Positions 37,724 to 56,963 of a DNA stretch of 64,000 bases are shown piece by piece (positions within the stretch are counted from its first letter, which is position 1; each line of letters starts with the position of its first letter). The notes under the pieces are model-generated. The model was given only the letters and a program-made list of their open reading frames with translations, had not been told where the DNA came from and ran no database searches. Position numbers and translations under genes: made by a program. The DNA is from the human T2T-CHM13v2.0 reference genome, Homo sapiens. The stretch lies in assembly GCF_009914755.1 (NCBI RefSeq), contig NC_060933.1; one strand, written 5' to 3'.

Positions 37724-38224
37724 GATGTCCGTATTTTAGGTGGTATGATCCTTTTAGGTTTTCATCTCACTCTCCCCCTACTCGACTTAAAATGACATGC
37801 CTAGTACATGCCAGAAGATCCATGTGACCTTCTGCACAGGAGACAGGGTCTTCATGAAGCCACAAGTATTTCAGTATACTGAGGATTCCTCAGTTTAAAA
37901 GCCAACTTTTGTCACATCATAATCCCTTCCCTGTGTCTGCTGTTAGGCAAGAGGCTCTGAGCTGGGCCTATAAGAAGTTCACCGCCCAACCTTGAGATGC
38001 ACAGTGACCCTGCCAGTCCCTTTGGTAATGCCAAAATGCTGACGTTACTTGCTCTTCCCACTGGCCCCCAGTGGGCATCTTGCCATCACCACCATTCCTA
38101 GTCTCTTCCGAGTGTAGTGTCATGAACATGGACTTAGAGGAGTCAATGAGTTTGGATTCTGGTTCCATCACCTACTAGCAGTATGACCTTAGGAAGTTAG
38201 TCTAATGATCCCTAAGCCTTAGTT

Positions 38225-39110
<886 letters not shown>

Positions 39111-39863
39111 CCTCTCCCCCTCGTATTACTCAGACTTAAACTACCCCAAAAAGGCTAAAGTCCTGCTAAGAGTCTCCGTAGAACTGATGATTCAAGAGGC
39201 TCTTATGATCACAGCTGGTGATTCCCTGTGTTGAATTAGTGAAAACAGGCCAGGCACAGTAATCCCAGCACTTTGAGAGGACTGCTTAATGTCAGGAGCT
39301 CAAGCCCAGCTTGGGCAACACAGATGCCTGTCTCTACATAAAACAATAAAAATTTTTAAAAAAAATTTTTTTTTAATGCCCAGAACAATAGGGCATGATT
39401 CAAAATTATCCTCCGAGCTGCCTCTCTGGTTCTTTCTGGGAAAAACACTTAGGCAAGTTGAGAAAGGAAGGAAAGTTGGAATAATGGCAAAACTGTTAGA
39501 AGCATTCCTCTTTCCTCCATTGCCTGTCCTCCCAACATTATACCCAAACTAGTTACAAAGCCATTCTGTAAAGAGATCGGGTACCTACAATTTCTTCAGA
39601 TTTACACAATATCCACTAGAATTTAATTTCTACAAGGGCAGGGATCTTTGTTGAGTGGCACATGGTAGACACTCAATAAATACTTATTGAATAGATGGGT
39701 TAAGTGAAAGTGGCAGGGATCAACTAGAGTGTCCTGTGCTTAGGGTCTTTTAATAAAGATGGAAAGAATGATGTTAATCTTGTAGCAATTATCTTTTAAA
39801 GTCTGGGAATTAACAGTACTGTTATACTTCATTAAGGATGCCTCACATTTTTCCAAAAATATA

Positions 39864-39869
39864 TTTATT
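39864..39869 (-). terminator. CDC26 polyadenylation signal
   Basis: tttatt on + = AATAAA on -, about 235 nt after the CDC26 stop. Confidence 0.75.
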
Positions 39870-40102
39870 TTTAAAAACAGAAAATCAGATCAGTTTTATA
39901 GAGTCAAATTTTCAAGAGACAAACCAGAGTTTGGATTCCAGCTTAGAGTGCAAGTGAAGCATCAGTAATCTCATGCAGAAGATTTGTCTCTGCAGGAGGT
40001 ACATTCTGCTTGACTGCAAGCACTCAATTCTCTAAATCTGGTTTGTACTTCTGCCATCATTTTATTCCATTCCAGCGCTCTGGCATGCAAGATAATCCAT
40101 CT

Positions 40103-40279
40103 CTAAAATTCAAGACTTCCAAATTGAGATGAACGATTATTGGGCTTGGGTTGGGGTTTATAACCAATCCGATCATTGATCATTTGTTCCCGGCTCTTGG
40201 GATCACTGCTAAGCCCAATGGCTCCTTCTCCATCACTGCCTCCTACAACTTCCACATCTTCCTTCTGTTTCTTACGGGT
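40103..40279 (-). CDS. CDC26: Anaphase-promoting complex subunit CDC26, last coding exon
   Basis: tttcag|ACC; [58 protein letters not shown]; CDS complement(join(40103..40279,45267..45347)) = 85 aa. Confidence 0.97.
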   Translation of the reverse strand, partial: TRKKQKEDVEVVGGSDGEGAIGLSSDPKSREQMINDRIGYKPQPKPNNRSSQFGSLEF

Positions 40280-40468
40280 CTGAAAGTATAAAAGTTTTAG
40301 GATTAAGGCAACATTCTTTCAATTAGCAAATGTTTATTTAGAACACCTACCATGTACTAGGCATGGGCTAAATGATAGAGTTAGGGTGTAAAGAACAATA
40401 AACTGAAATCCTAGGTTTGGAGTACTTAGGGGCACAATGAGGATATGGTGTTAAAAGTTGTAACCCCT

Positions 40469-40870
<402 letters not shown>

Positions 40871-41473
40871 CTAATAGGGAAACAGGCAAACAGACGATTA
40901 TAGGGTGATCAGGGCTATGACCTATGACAGAGAGAAGTCTACACTGCCAAAGAGACAAGAGGTAAGGAGTTGGGGTGTGGTGGTACAACAGGAAGCTACA
41001 ATTGGAAAGCTGTAAGAGCAGACAAGTGAGAGCAAAGGGCATTTCAACAAATTTATTATTCTAGAGAATAGAAAAATAAATTGGGTAAAGAAATAACCAC
41101 CAAAAATCTATAGCCTGACTGATCCCATGAGATTAAAAGTAACTCAAGAAGGTTTTATGCTATCTTATCAAAAGGTCTGGGTTTTGTGGCTTCATTTTGT
41201 TTTCAGATAAAAGGTTTGGCTCCTAAGTCACATGTGACTGCAGAATCCAGAAAGTATGTCTTAGTTTGATCATTTTCAAAAACAGACACTTATCCCATAA
41301 CAGCCACTACCTGACTGTAAGGATAACAGATGATAACTTTCTCTAAGAGAGTGAAATGATGTTTTATCCAAAGTTACTTAATAGAAGAATGGCTCAGCTA
41401 CTCAAATCACTGGAATTACCACCATTCTTCACCACTTGCTGCTGAACTGTGGGCATTTAAATGCCAAGCATCA

Positions 41474-42085
<612 letters not shown>

Positions 42086-42789
42086 TAAATGCCAACACTC
42101 ACAAAGTATTACAGGGAATAAAATAAGGTATTGCCTTTTATGTGGCAAATGACCTTCCTGATTACTAGTAAGTGATGTTAGAAAGTTCTACCTAAATACC
42201 TTTGTGAAAACAAGTTCGAAAAGGCAAACAACTCTATCATTCTGAGAATATCCAAATGGAATGAAATCACTTAAAAGGCTTCCCACTTTGAGCAACTGCT
42301 GTTTCAGAAGCTAGAGTCACAGTAGTATAATCAAACTCATGTTGGTAATAAATGAAACAGGCCAGTTTTCTACTGGTTTCACTTTAGGGCATGACTGTCC
42401 CTGCTTCCTAAGTTACTCTAAAACAAGGTAAAACCCACTAGATAACTGTCTTTAGTGGAAAGACTAACTCAATAGTGAGCTGACTGTAGAGTCAAAGTTC
42501 AGCATGCTAGCATTTTATGAGATTCGTTACAACTGAAGTTTAAGCCATACTTTAAAGCTCATGCTTAATAATATATGAGTTTTTAGAAAGCAAAAATTAC
42601 GATACTTAGAGAACACTAAAGTCTCTTGGGATGAAGCAGGGGGAAAGAAATCTAAGTTATTAGTCTTAATATGAAGCATATACAATACATAATAAAGCTG
42701 TTGGTGAATATATGCAAAACGTACTGTCCTCTGCCATATAGTACAAGATACCTACTAGGACAGCAAATGAAAATAGACTTGCATTGAGC

Positions 42790-44650
42790 CCTCCTTTGGA
42801 CCTGGTATTGCAGGGAACAGATGCAGAGAGAAATATACTAATCCCTGACTTCAAGGAGCTTATGGCCCAGTGAGGGAAAACAAAAGCAAACAGACAATTA
42901 CAACAGAGAGTGACCGTGCCTATGAGAGAGGTTAGCACAGGAGGATAAGGTTGAGCCTAACCCAGCTGGGGGCTGGAAGGAGTAAGAGTTAGCCTGGCAA
43001 AGAAAAAGAAAGGGCTTTTCTGGCAAAGGGAACACTGTGTATAGGCACTGAGATTAAAGATAACCCAGCAGTGAAAGTGGAGAGATAAGCAAGGACCAGC
43101 TCACAAGGAGCTCATATGCCATGCTAGGGAATTTGGAATTTATTCTGTAGACCACTGAAGAATTTAAGTCTTATTAATGGACATCTAATACCATGTAGCA
43201 AGGCCACAGTTAAAAATACATATGGGGCCCCTACTATGAACTAGATGGTAAGAACTCAATGGTGAAGCAAACAGACATGATTTCTGCAATCAACGTCCCT
43301 AATGTAAATGATTTTACAATAAAAAAAATTGTAAATTATAATAAATGCTATGAAAAAAATATGGTGCTTTGTGAGAGCCTACAGAGATGGAGGCAGCATG
43401 GACGGGAATGACACATGAAACTTGGATACGGTCAAAAGTGGCCTCTTAAATTGAAGAGTTGACATTTGAATGAAGACTGGAAGAAAGGGAGCACTCCAGG
43501 CAGGGGGAAATAATATGTGGAAAGTCCATGGAAGTGATAAATAGATTGGCATGTTCAAGGAAATGAAAGAGAGCCAATGTGGCTAGGGTATAGAGAGCAA
43601 GGCAAAGAATGGCACAAAATGAATCTGGAGAGGCACTAGAACATACAAAATCTTGTAGGCCATGGTGAAGAATTCAGATTTTGTTATAAGTGCAGAAAAC
43701 TACTGAGGAGTTTTAAACGGGAATGACAGGATTTGAAAATTTCTGAAGATCATTCTTGATACTGGATGCAGAATGCACTGAAAGAGACAAAAATGGAAGT
43801 AGAAGACCAGTTAGGATGCCACTACAATTATACAGGGAAAGACGGTTACTTAGCGCAGGACTGTAACAGTGGAGATGAAAAGGTATGGGTGGATTCCAGA
43901 CATATTCTGAAGGTAGAATCAAAGGGTCTACAGACAGATCGAATATAAAGCGTAAGAGAAAGGGAGGACTCAGGAATGACTGCTAGGTTTCTGGCCTGAG
44001 GAACTGAATCAATACTGAGATGGGAAACACTGGGGAAGAATGGAAGGGACGACTGGTTCAAGGGAGAAATCAAGAGTTTTTCTCTCTTCTTTTTTTAACA
44101 TGTTAAGTGTAGTAGGCTGAAAAATGGCCCCCAAAGCTAGCAGGTCCTAATCCTGGAACCTATAAATGCCTTATATGGGAAAAGGGCCTTTGCAGGTGTG
44201 ACTAAATTAAGGATCTTGAGAAGGGGGGATTATCCTGGGTTAGTCAGGTGGGCCCTAAACACAATCACACATATCATAAGAAGGAGGCAGAGGAAGTTTT
44301 CACAGACAGAAAAGAAGACAATATGACTCTGGAGGCAGAGACTGGAGTGATACAGTCATGAGTCAAGGAATGCCAGCAGCCACCAGAAGCTAGAAAAGCC
44401 AAGGAATGGATTCTTCCCTAGATCCTCCATAGGGAATGTGGCCCTCCTGACACCTAAATTTCAGCCCAGCAATACTAATTTTTGGCCTATAAAACTGTGA
44501 AATAATAAATTTCTGTTGTCTTAAGCGATGAAGTTTGTGGTACTTTGTTACAGCAGCCACAGGAGACATACATGAAGTTTGAGATGCCTGTAAAGCATCC
44601 AAACAGAGATTTCAAATAAGCTGTTGGCTTAAGAGTCTGCAGTTCAGAAG
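42790..44650 (-). mobile_element. L2 fragments (interrupted by an MLT1 LTR)
   Basis: Purine-rich antisense L2 motifs (gttcaaggaa, gtaggccatggtgaagaatt, gtggattccagacatattctgaaggtagaa, catgttaag|tttgagatgcct). Confidence 0.7.
44108..44572 (+). mobile_element. MLT1 (MLT1D-like) MaLR solo LTR
   Basis: TG...CA ends; tgtagtaggctgaaaaatggccccc ... aataaatttctgttg...tttgttacagcagcc; 5-bp TSD ttaag/tgaag. Confidence 0.85.
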
Positions 44651-44699
44651 TTAAAGTTATTGTGTATGTATGTGTGTGTATATACATATTTATGTATGA

Positions 44700-45247
44700 C
44701 AGAGAGTCTCACTGTTGCCCAGTGTGGAGTACAGTGGAGCCATCATAGCACACTGTAACCTCAAACTCCTGGGCTCAAGCAATCCTCCCGCCTCCGCCTC
44801 CTGAGTAGCTCAGGCATGCGCCACCCTGCCCAACATAGAGACAAGGTCTCACTATGTTGCCCAGGCTGGTCTCAAACTCCTGGCCAGAAAATGCTGGCAT
44901 TACAGATGTAAGCCACTGTGCCCACACAAGAATTATTATCTTAAATATTCCTTAAGCTTTGAAAGTTGTATTCATGGCTGGGTGCAGTGGCTCACGCGTG
45001 TAATCCCAGCACTTTGGGAGGCTGAGGTGGATGGATCACTTGAGGTCAGGAGTTGAGACTAGCCTGGCCCCAACATGGCAAAACCCCAACTCTACTAAAA
45101 ATAAAAAAATGAGCTGGGCGTGCTGGCATGAACCTGTGGTCCCAGCACGCGGGAGGCTGAGGCAGAGGAGGCAGAGGTTGCAGTGGGCCAAGATCATGCC
45201 ACTGTACTCCAGCCTGTGTGACAGAGCGAGACTCCATCTCAAAAAAA
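44700..45247. mobile_element. Two Alus: degenerate antisense (44700-44925) and sense (44976-45247)
   Basis: Alu consensus segments. Confidence 0.85.
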
Positions 45248-45266
45248 CACAAAGTTGTATTCATAC

Positions 45267-45347
45267 CTCCAGGTCCTTTCGAATGTTCTCAAACTCTTCA
45301 ATGTCATCAAGCTTTAGCTCTAGGCGTGTTGGTTTCCGTCTCAGCAT
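45267..45347 (-). CDS. CDC26: CDC26 first coding exon (exon 45267..45388)
   Basis: [27 protein letters not shown], conserved CDC26 N-terminus; donor GAG|gtatga; acceptor tttaacag| 41 nt upstream of the ATG. Confidence 0.97.
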
Positions 45348-45519
45348 ACTGAAGTCAACACTAAGGGCCAAACCCAGTGAACTATTAGCTGTTAAAAATG
45401 AAAGAGAGGAGGAAAATCTGAAGGTGATAAAGTCTCAGATACAAAACATAAAATCAATTTGCAAGCATGTATACTAAAGTGAATGGAAATATTAAAAATT
45501 TATTTGAATTTACACATAG

Positions 45520-45831
<312 letters not shown>

Positions 45832-46168
45832 AACTTCTAAAGTCTTTAGGTATGTGATTATTACATTTTTGTTACATTATGGAGATCTACAGCTCTATAA
45901 AATCAAAAACTCTTTCTGTAAGAATTTAAAATAGCAAACTGCCTATAAGAGAGAAATTCTAGGCAACCATCACTTTAATCTCATGTTCCAGTCACATTCA
46001 AAGAACTACTCTAGCTAAAAGAATAAACTATCACATCTTAGTATAGTTAGAGGAAAAAGTGGACAAACCAGTGAATTTAATCTACCCTACATGAGAATTG
46101 TCAGAGATTTGTGATCACTCTTGAATGCTAAAATCAGTTTGCTAAATCTCAGGAAAACTCCAACTCAC

Positions 46169-46278
46169 CAATTCACAGGATTATCCTCCGCGTCCAAACA
46201 GATCTTAAATGTGTACGTCATTCATTAAACAAACACTTCTTGTGTTCCAGCTACAAAGTTAAAAGGTACAGTCATAAT
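46169..46278 (-). other. CDC26: CDC26 non-coding 5'UTR exon (110 nt)
   Basis: Acceptor tttctctttgttttccccacag|att; donor TTG|gtgagt. Confidence 0.75.
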
Positions 46279-46470
46279 CTGTGGGGAAAACAAAGAGAAA
46301 ACTGTGATATCATGTAATGAGAACCCTGATGAGGATACTAGCACTGGCATCACACAGGCACCTAATCCAGTCTGGGCTGAGTGTGGGGTGGACAAGGATG
46401 TCAGGCAAGCCTTCCTGGAGAAAATGATGTCTTAGTTGACTTCTGAAGGTCAGGCAGAGAGAAGAATGCA
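46218..46470 (-). mobile_element. L2 3' fragment overlapping the CDC26 5'UTR exon
   Basis: cattcattaaacaaacacttc (L2 tail) and gtcaggcaagccttcctggagaaaatgatgtcttagttgacttctgaagg. Confidence 0.6.
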
Positions 46471-48217
46471 CAAGGAGGCTCAAGTACAGCTTTGGTAACG
46501 TAGCAAGACCCTGTCTCTACAAAAAAGTAAAAAAAATAGCTGGGCTGGTAGTGTGTACCTGTAGTCCTAGCTACTCAGGAGGCTGAGGTGGAAGGATCAC
46601 TTGAGCCCAGGAGTTTCAGGTTGCCACCGTGAGCCATGACCTCACCATGAGACCCCAACTCAAAAAAAAAAAAAAAAAAAAAAAAAGGCTCAAGAGAGCA
46701 TTCCACAGCCTGAAATCCCAAGGTAATACTATGTTAACAAAAACCATTTTGTTTTGTTTTGTTTTTGAGAAAACACAACCCCCCAACTGAGTTTAATATC
46801 TGTTGATGGCATCATTTGTATATTCTCCACAGCATCCCCTAGAGTGTATCTATAAAAACAGTCAGTAAATGTTTGTTGACTAGAAGGTGAGATCATTCTT
46901 GAGCACCGTGCTGTTTTTCCATTCCCATTCTTTACATTCTTATTTTAACACAAAAACCCTGTGAAGTTGACAAAATGATTCCTATTTCACACATAAAGAA
47001 GTCATCGAAGCAAGCTGTTCAGTTTGGTTAATAATTTTAGCCTCCTATAAAAATTATAAAGGTCAACATGATAAGCATTAAGTGAAAATGATGGAAGTGA
47101 AAACTCCTTGAAAGTATGTACAGATACAAATTATTACACGTATCTAGGATGAAACTAAGGACTGTGAAGTATACAAAGGAAGAAATAGTTCCTTCTCCCA
47201 TGAAGCTTAGGATACTACAGGTGATATTATCAACACAAAACACTGGCACATTACATTTCAAATTCCTTTGTACTAAATCAGGCATTATCTTCTACCAGAT
47301 TCCAATGCAGACAAATGGTAGAGAAAGCCAAAGTTCCAAAGAGGGAAAGAGAGGGATAGGGATACCTAAAAGGGGGAAAAAAAAATCTATACATTTTACC
47401 TTTTCTGCAAACTGCAAAAAACTGGCCACTAGGGAGCAGTATAGATTAACAGTTAAAAGTGCTGGCTGTAGAGGTTAAAGGGCACAGGTTTTAATCCCAC
47501 TACACCACCGATCCTGAACAATTCGTTTCATTTCTCACTAGACCTTAGTTCCCTCATCTGTATCCTACTCTGCTGTTGTAGGAAGTCAATAACGTAATAC
47601 AGAGTAAGCTCTTGGAATATTATTTGGCATTTAATAAATGTTCAATAAATAACATCTATTATTGCTGTAATTGTTCTAGGGGGTTGCATGAGGATCTGGC
47701 CAGCTAGGGAAACGTCAATATTTTGAGGATCTCCCACCGCCCATGTGGGGATAAAAACCTTATCCTGTTCGTCTCTAATGCCCCAGCATCCAGCAGGGCA
47801 GAGAGACGTACAGAGTTACCTGACACCTTCCTATCCATCATCTTACTCTCAATCTGATACAAAGACCAGGCTGAAGACAAATCAACAAAATCAGGCCGAA
47901 GCTCCTCCGCCGGGTCTTTATTTGACTTTGGCACTAGCGGGCTCTTCTAGCTTAATCTCCCGCCGCAGCCCAAATCCACCGCCGAGCCATCAAGCTCAGA
48001 GGGGGAGCCTGGGAAGACTTCCGGACCATGGAGGAGAACAGTCCTCGTCCCCTAGCTCCAGGCCTGTACCTCGGAGCCCAGGCAAGGGTTTCTATGGTAA
48101 CATGGTCCTCGGCTCCAAGAAGACGTAAACGCCCCCGTACGCCCGGGGGGCACAGCGGACCCCGGAAGCCCTTGACTCGCTCCAGAGTTCAGCCCCGAGC
48201 CGCGCGAGTCGACTCAC

Positions 48218-48410
48218 CTACCTCTTTTCAAGCCGGCCTAGCCCCTTCCCGGAACCTCGGCTCCCCCCCAACGAAACTACTGCTAAGCCAACTGGACTAC
48301 ACTTCCCAGACTGCTTGGAGCCTCTCTCTCCGCAGAACCTCGTCTTCCGCGAGCTTTTCCTGGAGGTTCTAGGAGGGATGCCCCTCAATGCCACGACGCC
48401 ATTTCCTACT
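48218..48410 (-). other. CDC26: CDC26 exon 1 (5'UTR; start approximate)
   Basis: Donor TAG|gtgagt at 48218/48217 inside the CpG island. Confidence 0.8.
48296..48314 (+). promoter_or_regulatory. ZNF143/THAP11-type motif
   Basis: ACTACACTTCCCAGACTGC fits ACTACAnnTCCCAnnnTGC; second weaker copy actacgacttccatcatgc at 48408-48426. Confidence 0.7.
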
Positions 48411-48469
48411 ACGACTTCCATCATGCTCCGCGCCGCTCCGGGGGCGGTGACCCCTCTTGGCCCACGTCT

Positions 48470-48505
48470 TGTCAGTGACGCACTTCCTGTCAGTGACGCA
48501 CTTCC
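48470..48505. repeat. Perfect 18-bp tandem repeat with ETS and half-CRE sites
   Basis: (tgtcagtgacgcacttcc)x2. Confidence 0.95.
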
Positions 48506-48583
48506 CCTCTGCTGGGCGCGCGGTGGACGGTCTGAAAGGGAGTGTTCGGGTTTCGCTGGGGCCTCGCGGCTCCAGAGCCCAGC

Positions 48584-48610
48584 ATGGCTTCCTCGCGAGC
48601 CTCTTCCACG
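48584..48610 (+). CDS. PRPF4: U4/U6 snRNP protein Prp4, exon 1
   Basis: agcATGG; MASSRASST; donor ACG|gtacag. Exons 1-13 keep one frame; last exon is beyond the window. Confidence 0.95.
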
Positions 48611-49384
48611 GTACAGAGCCCGGGATCCCAGCTCACTCTGGCAGGGAGCGCTAAGGGGGAAGGGGATCTCTGCGGGAAGGGGCCGTTAAGGAGCGGGAGA
48701 AGGCGGTGGAGGGCTGAGGAGGAAGGCTGCGGGACTCAGCGGTGTCCTACACAGCGGACCACCGTTTTCCTGATCCCTAAGCGCTTTCGTGGACTGTAGC
48801 TTATTTGCACCTCTCCCACTACAGCCCCAAAGGGCAAGCATCTCTTCCGACTCATCCAGTAACGGTGCTCTGAAATAGGGAAGTGTCTTGGCCAAGGTTT
48901 ATGCCTTTGGCAGATCTCAGAATTTTAATGAGACCTACTAACTCCTACTACCTCACGTCTAGGAACGTTTGAAATGTATACACTTGTAATGTTGTAACTT
49001 GTTATCCTTTAGCACCGCGTTGGTTATTTCATCTATCCTTAGTATTTCCCCAGTGATAAGCAGTAATCCGGGAAGCATAAAACACGAGATTGAACACTTC
49101 CAACGGAATGAAGTAAACAGATTTCAGAGCAAACCTTTCATAGGAAAATACCCGAGAGAACCTCACTAGTTTTATTAATCCCATCAACCAAAGTGAGGGA
49201 CTGAAACACCCTCACCCTACCTTCACCTCCTCAAATCAATGAAGAGCGTCTTAAGTAGTGTCCAATTTGTCCTTTCAATTACAGAGGAAACAGGACTGTG
49301 AAACTCAGGGTGAGCTTCATCCTCTGGTGAAGTCCGGTAAATTGCCAAGATTAAACCTTAGTTTAATGCAGATCTTTGATTTAG

Positions 49385-49642
<258 letters not shown>

Positions 49643-49645
49643 TAA

Positions 49646-49951
<306 letters not shown>

Positions 49952-50244
49952 AGAATTTCAATTCTTAAACTTGCAGCTATAAGGCTGTATTTTGCCTACC
50001 CCCTTATTATCATGCAGAGAGCCTTTTTCTTACAATCTGTTATATAGTTTTTCTTCTATGAGTGAGCAGTCTTATCAAAAATTCAGTGTACATTTGGATT
50101 CAGATTGATTCCATTTGTCTTCTGGAGATCTAACATAGTTCTGGCATTGGTTTGCAGCTAGAGTGGTTCATGATATTCTCCCTTTTGAAGTTTTGTAATT
50201 ATTTTTTACCCAAAGTGAAATCTTTTTGTGTGTGTGTGTGTGTG

Positions 50245-50830
<586 letters not shown>

Positions 50831-51681
50831 GTTATTTTCTTTTAAAAGATCAATGTATAAATGTGTGAAGTAGAAAATCCTGTATTTTTAAAATTAATTG
50901 ATTGTATATCTTTCTGAGAATTTTAATACAGCTAAAAAGTATGTAATTTTTTCCATAAATGAAAACACAATACGTAAATTGTTGTATAACCCCCATTTTT
51001 CATTTATATACCATTGAGGATATCTTTCCATGTCAGTAATGAGAGGTCTACTATATTTTAAAAATAAAATTATGCATATTTGTCCTAAGAAATTCAGACA
51101 ATGCCAAAGGGCATAAAATGAAGACTCCTCTGCAGTAGGGACATCTGTCAGGTTTCTTATTGATCCTCCCACACATTTTCTAAACACATGCACTGTAGCC
51201 TAGTGACTTTTTAAACTTTTAATACTGTTTTTAAACATAACGTCACCACTGTACCTCTCATTTTTTATCACACTTGTATTTTGGTGTGGGTTTCAAAACT
51301 ATTGCTAGATTATCCAGAAATCCTTATAGTTGTGGAACTCTCATTTTCCTGGTAATTATTTGCAGTTTAGTAGTTAATGATTTGTTAAGTATCCCTATAC
51401 TGGGTCTCCTTTCGAGAATAAATAGCTTTGGCTGTTGTTACAATAATGTTTCTGTTACATCTTCTGGATAGACAGCCTAGTTAACTCATTTGCAAAAGAT
51501 GTTCTGTACTCTTACTTGCTGGTCTCAGCCAAAGTGTGTGTTTATATAGGCACAAAGTTAATAAATGAAACAAGAGGTGGCTTGAACCATTTTCTTGCCT
51601 TTTGAAGCTGTGTCATTTAGGTTTATGTGTTTGGCATAATTTAATAAACTGAAAAACAGTAAACTATAAAATGTGTAATAG

Positions 51682-51981
<300 letters not shown>

Positions 51982-52111
51982 TAAATATTTACTTTTTTTC
52001 TTTATTATAATCACAGGGTTCTACTCCAAATTTTGGTTGATCATTTAGTTGAACTTTAATAGAATGTCTCAAATCATGTTAACAATATCTTACTGTGTTT
52101 ATATGAGTTAG

Positions 52112-52559
<448 letters not shown>

Positions 52560-52879
52560 TAACATGCTCCCTTGCCTCCCCTCCCCAGTGCGAGTTTTGA
52601 ATTGGATAAACATTTGTTGTTGGGCTTTGAAAATTGAGACATCAAATGCATTCCATATCAATGACATAGAACAATGATAAATGTTTCTTGGATTTTATTG
52701 AAGAGGGGTACCATCCTCAGATAATGCCCTCTTGTTATTTGCAGGTTGCGAAGTCTTAGTTGTGGTCTAGTCACACACAATTATGAGGAGCCCCTCTGGT
52801 CTCTCTGTCCACTGTCTCATCTACCCTTCATCATCCAGCTTGTTGGAAGGGTTTTTTCTATTACTCCCTTGAGGTCCTT

Positions 52880-54850
<1,971 letters not shown>

Positions 54851-55030
54851 GAAAGTTGGCAGTCTTCACAGACCAAGTGGTAGCAGTGTAGGGGCTCATT
54901 GACTCTAAACTGTATAGAGTAATTGCTTATAGTTGAATTTTGGAAATTTCCAAATAGAGAAGACTGAGTGGGAGAAACCACACTGGGAGTTTAGCCATCC
55001 CCACTTGACTCTTAAAGAAGGTTCCTGGAG

Positions 55031-55442
<412 letters not shown>

Positions 55443-55485
55443 TCAACCATGTTTAAATTCTGATCTTTTTTTTTTTTTTTAACAG

Positions 55486-55573
55486 GTTAAGAAATATCCT
55501 CTCAGTTGTCGGTACTGATGCCTTGAAAAAGACCAAAAAGGATGATGAGAAGTCTAAAAAGTCCAAAGAAGAG
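55486..55573 (+). CDS. PRPF4: PRPF4 exon 4
   Basis: aacag|G TTA AGA; [29 protein letters not shown]; donor GAG|gtagaa. Confidence 0.97.
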
Positions 55574-55959
55574 GTAGAACATGTCTTTAACTTCACAGTA
55601 TAAACATGAAGGAAATGAGGGGATAGGTCTCTCGTTTTCTGCTTTCAATGGTTTGTTTTGCTGAGATGTTGGGGGAAATGTTTTTGAAGGCTCTACCATT
55701 CAAGAAGAGTTGCTGGCAGTAGTTTTGGTTCCTTTGTAAGTATGAATGGAGCTAAGTGAGTTTTCCAGTCAGGAAAGAATCATGGCATTCCTGGTATAAC
55801 CATGTAGTTACATATCATAGAAAAAAATTCAGTAGAAAGTCCTCTGCCTGATTTCATCCTATTACCGAATGAATTCACCTTCCTTCTGGGCAGTTAAAAT
55901 GGAGAAATGACAGTTATAAGAGGAGTAGAATGCTTCAGATTTGACCTTTCTGCTCTTAA

Positions 55960-56052
<93 letters not shown>

Positions 56053-56160
56053 TAAAGAGAGCCTCCAGTAGAAGAAAGAAGCATATTTTTTGTGTGTGTT
56101 TCCTCTCAGGAACTGAGTGCTGGATAATGACTATGGTTGTTAAATGAAATTGAGGGGTAG

Positions 56161-56442
<282 letters not shown>

Positions 56443-56555
56443 TGAGCTGCTGTGACATGGAAGGAGCCATCAGTTAATGTGGCAGGAGCTTACTGTGCTT
56501 TGTATTCAGCAGAGGCCTATGGTTCTATTCTTTATTTCTCCCCGTTAATATGTCA

Positions 56556-56963
<408 letters not shown>

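Larger units (their letters stand above)
47900..48800. promoter_or_regulatory. CpG island / bidirectional promoter CDC26-PRPF4
   Basis: CpG-rich; divergent first exons; GC box 48441-48447; YY1-like cgccattt 48397-48404; no obvious TATA box. Confidence 0.92.

Noticed and set aside
48542-48583. In-frame GTG giving a 14-aa PRPF4 N-terminal extension
   Set aside because: Near-cognate codon with T at +4; the ATG at 48584 has good context; no evidence of use
47745-48799. Several 65-127 aa ORFs in the CpG island, including 48218-48424 on - ending at the CDC26 donor
   Set aside because: Expected in GC-rich DNA; the alternative donor GAG|gtaggt still meets a stop at once in the next exons, so no CDC26 extension
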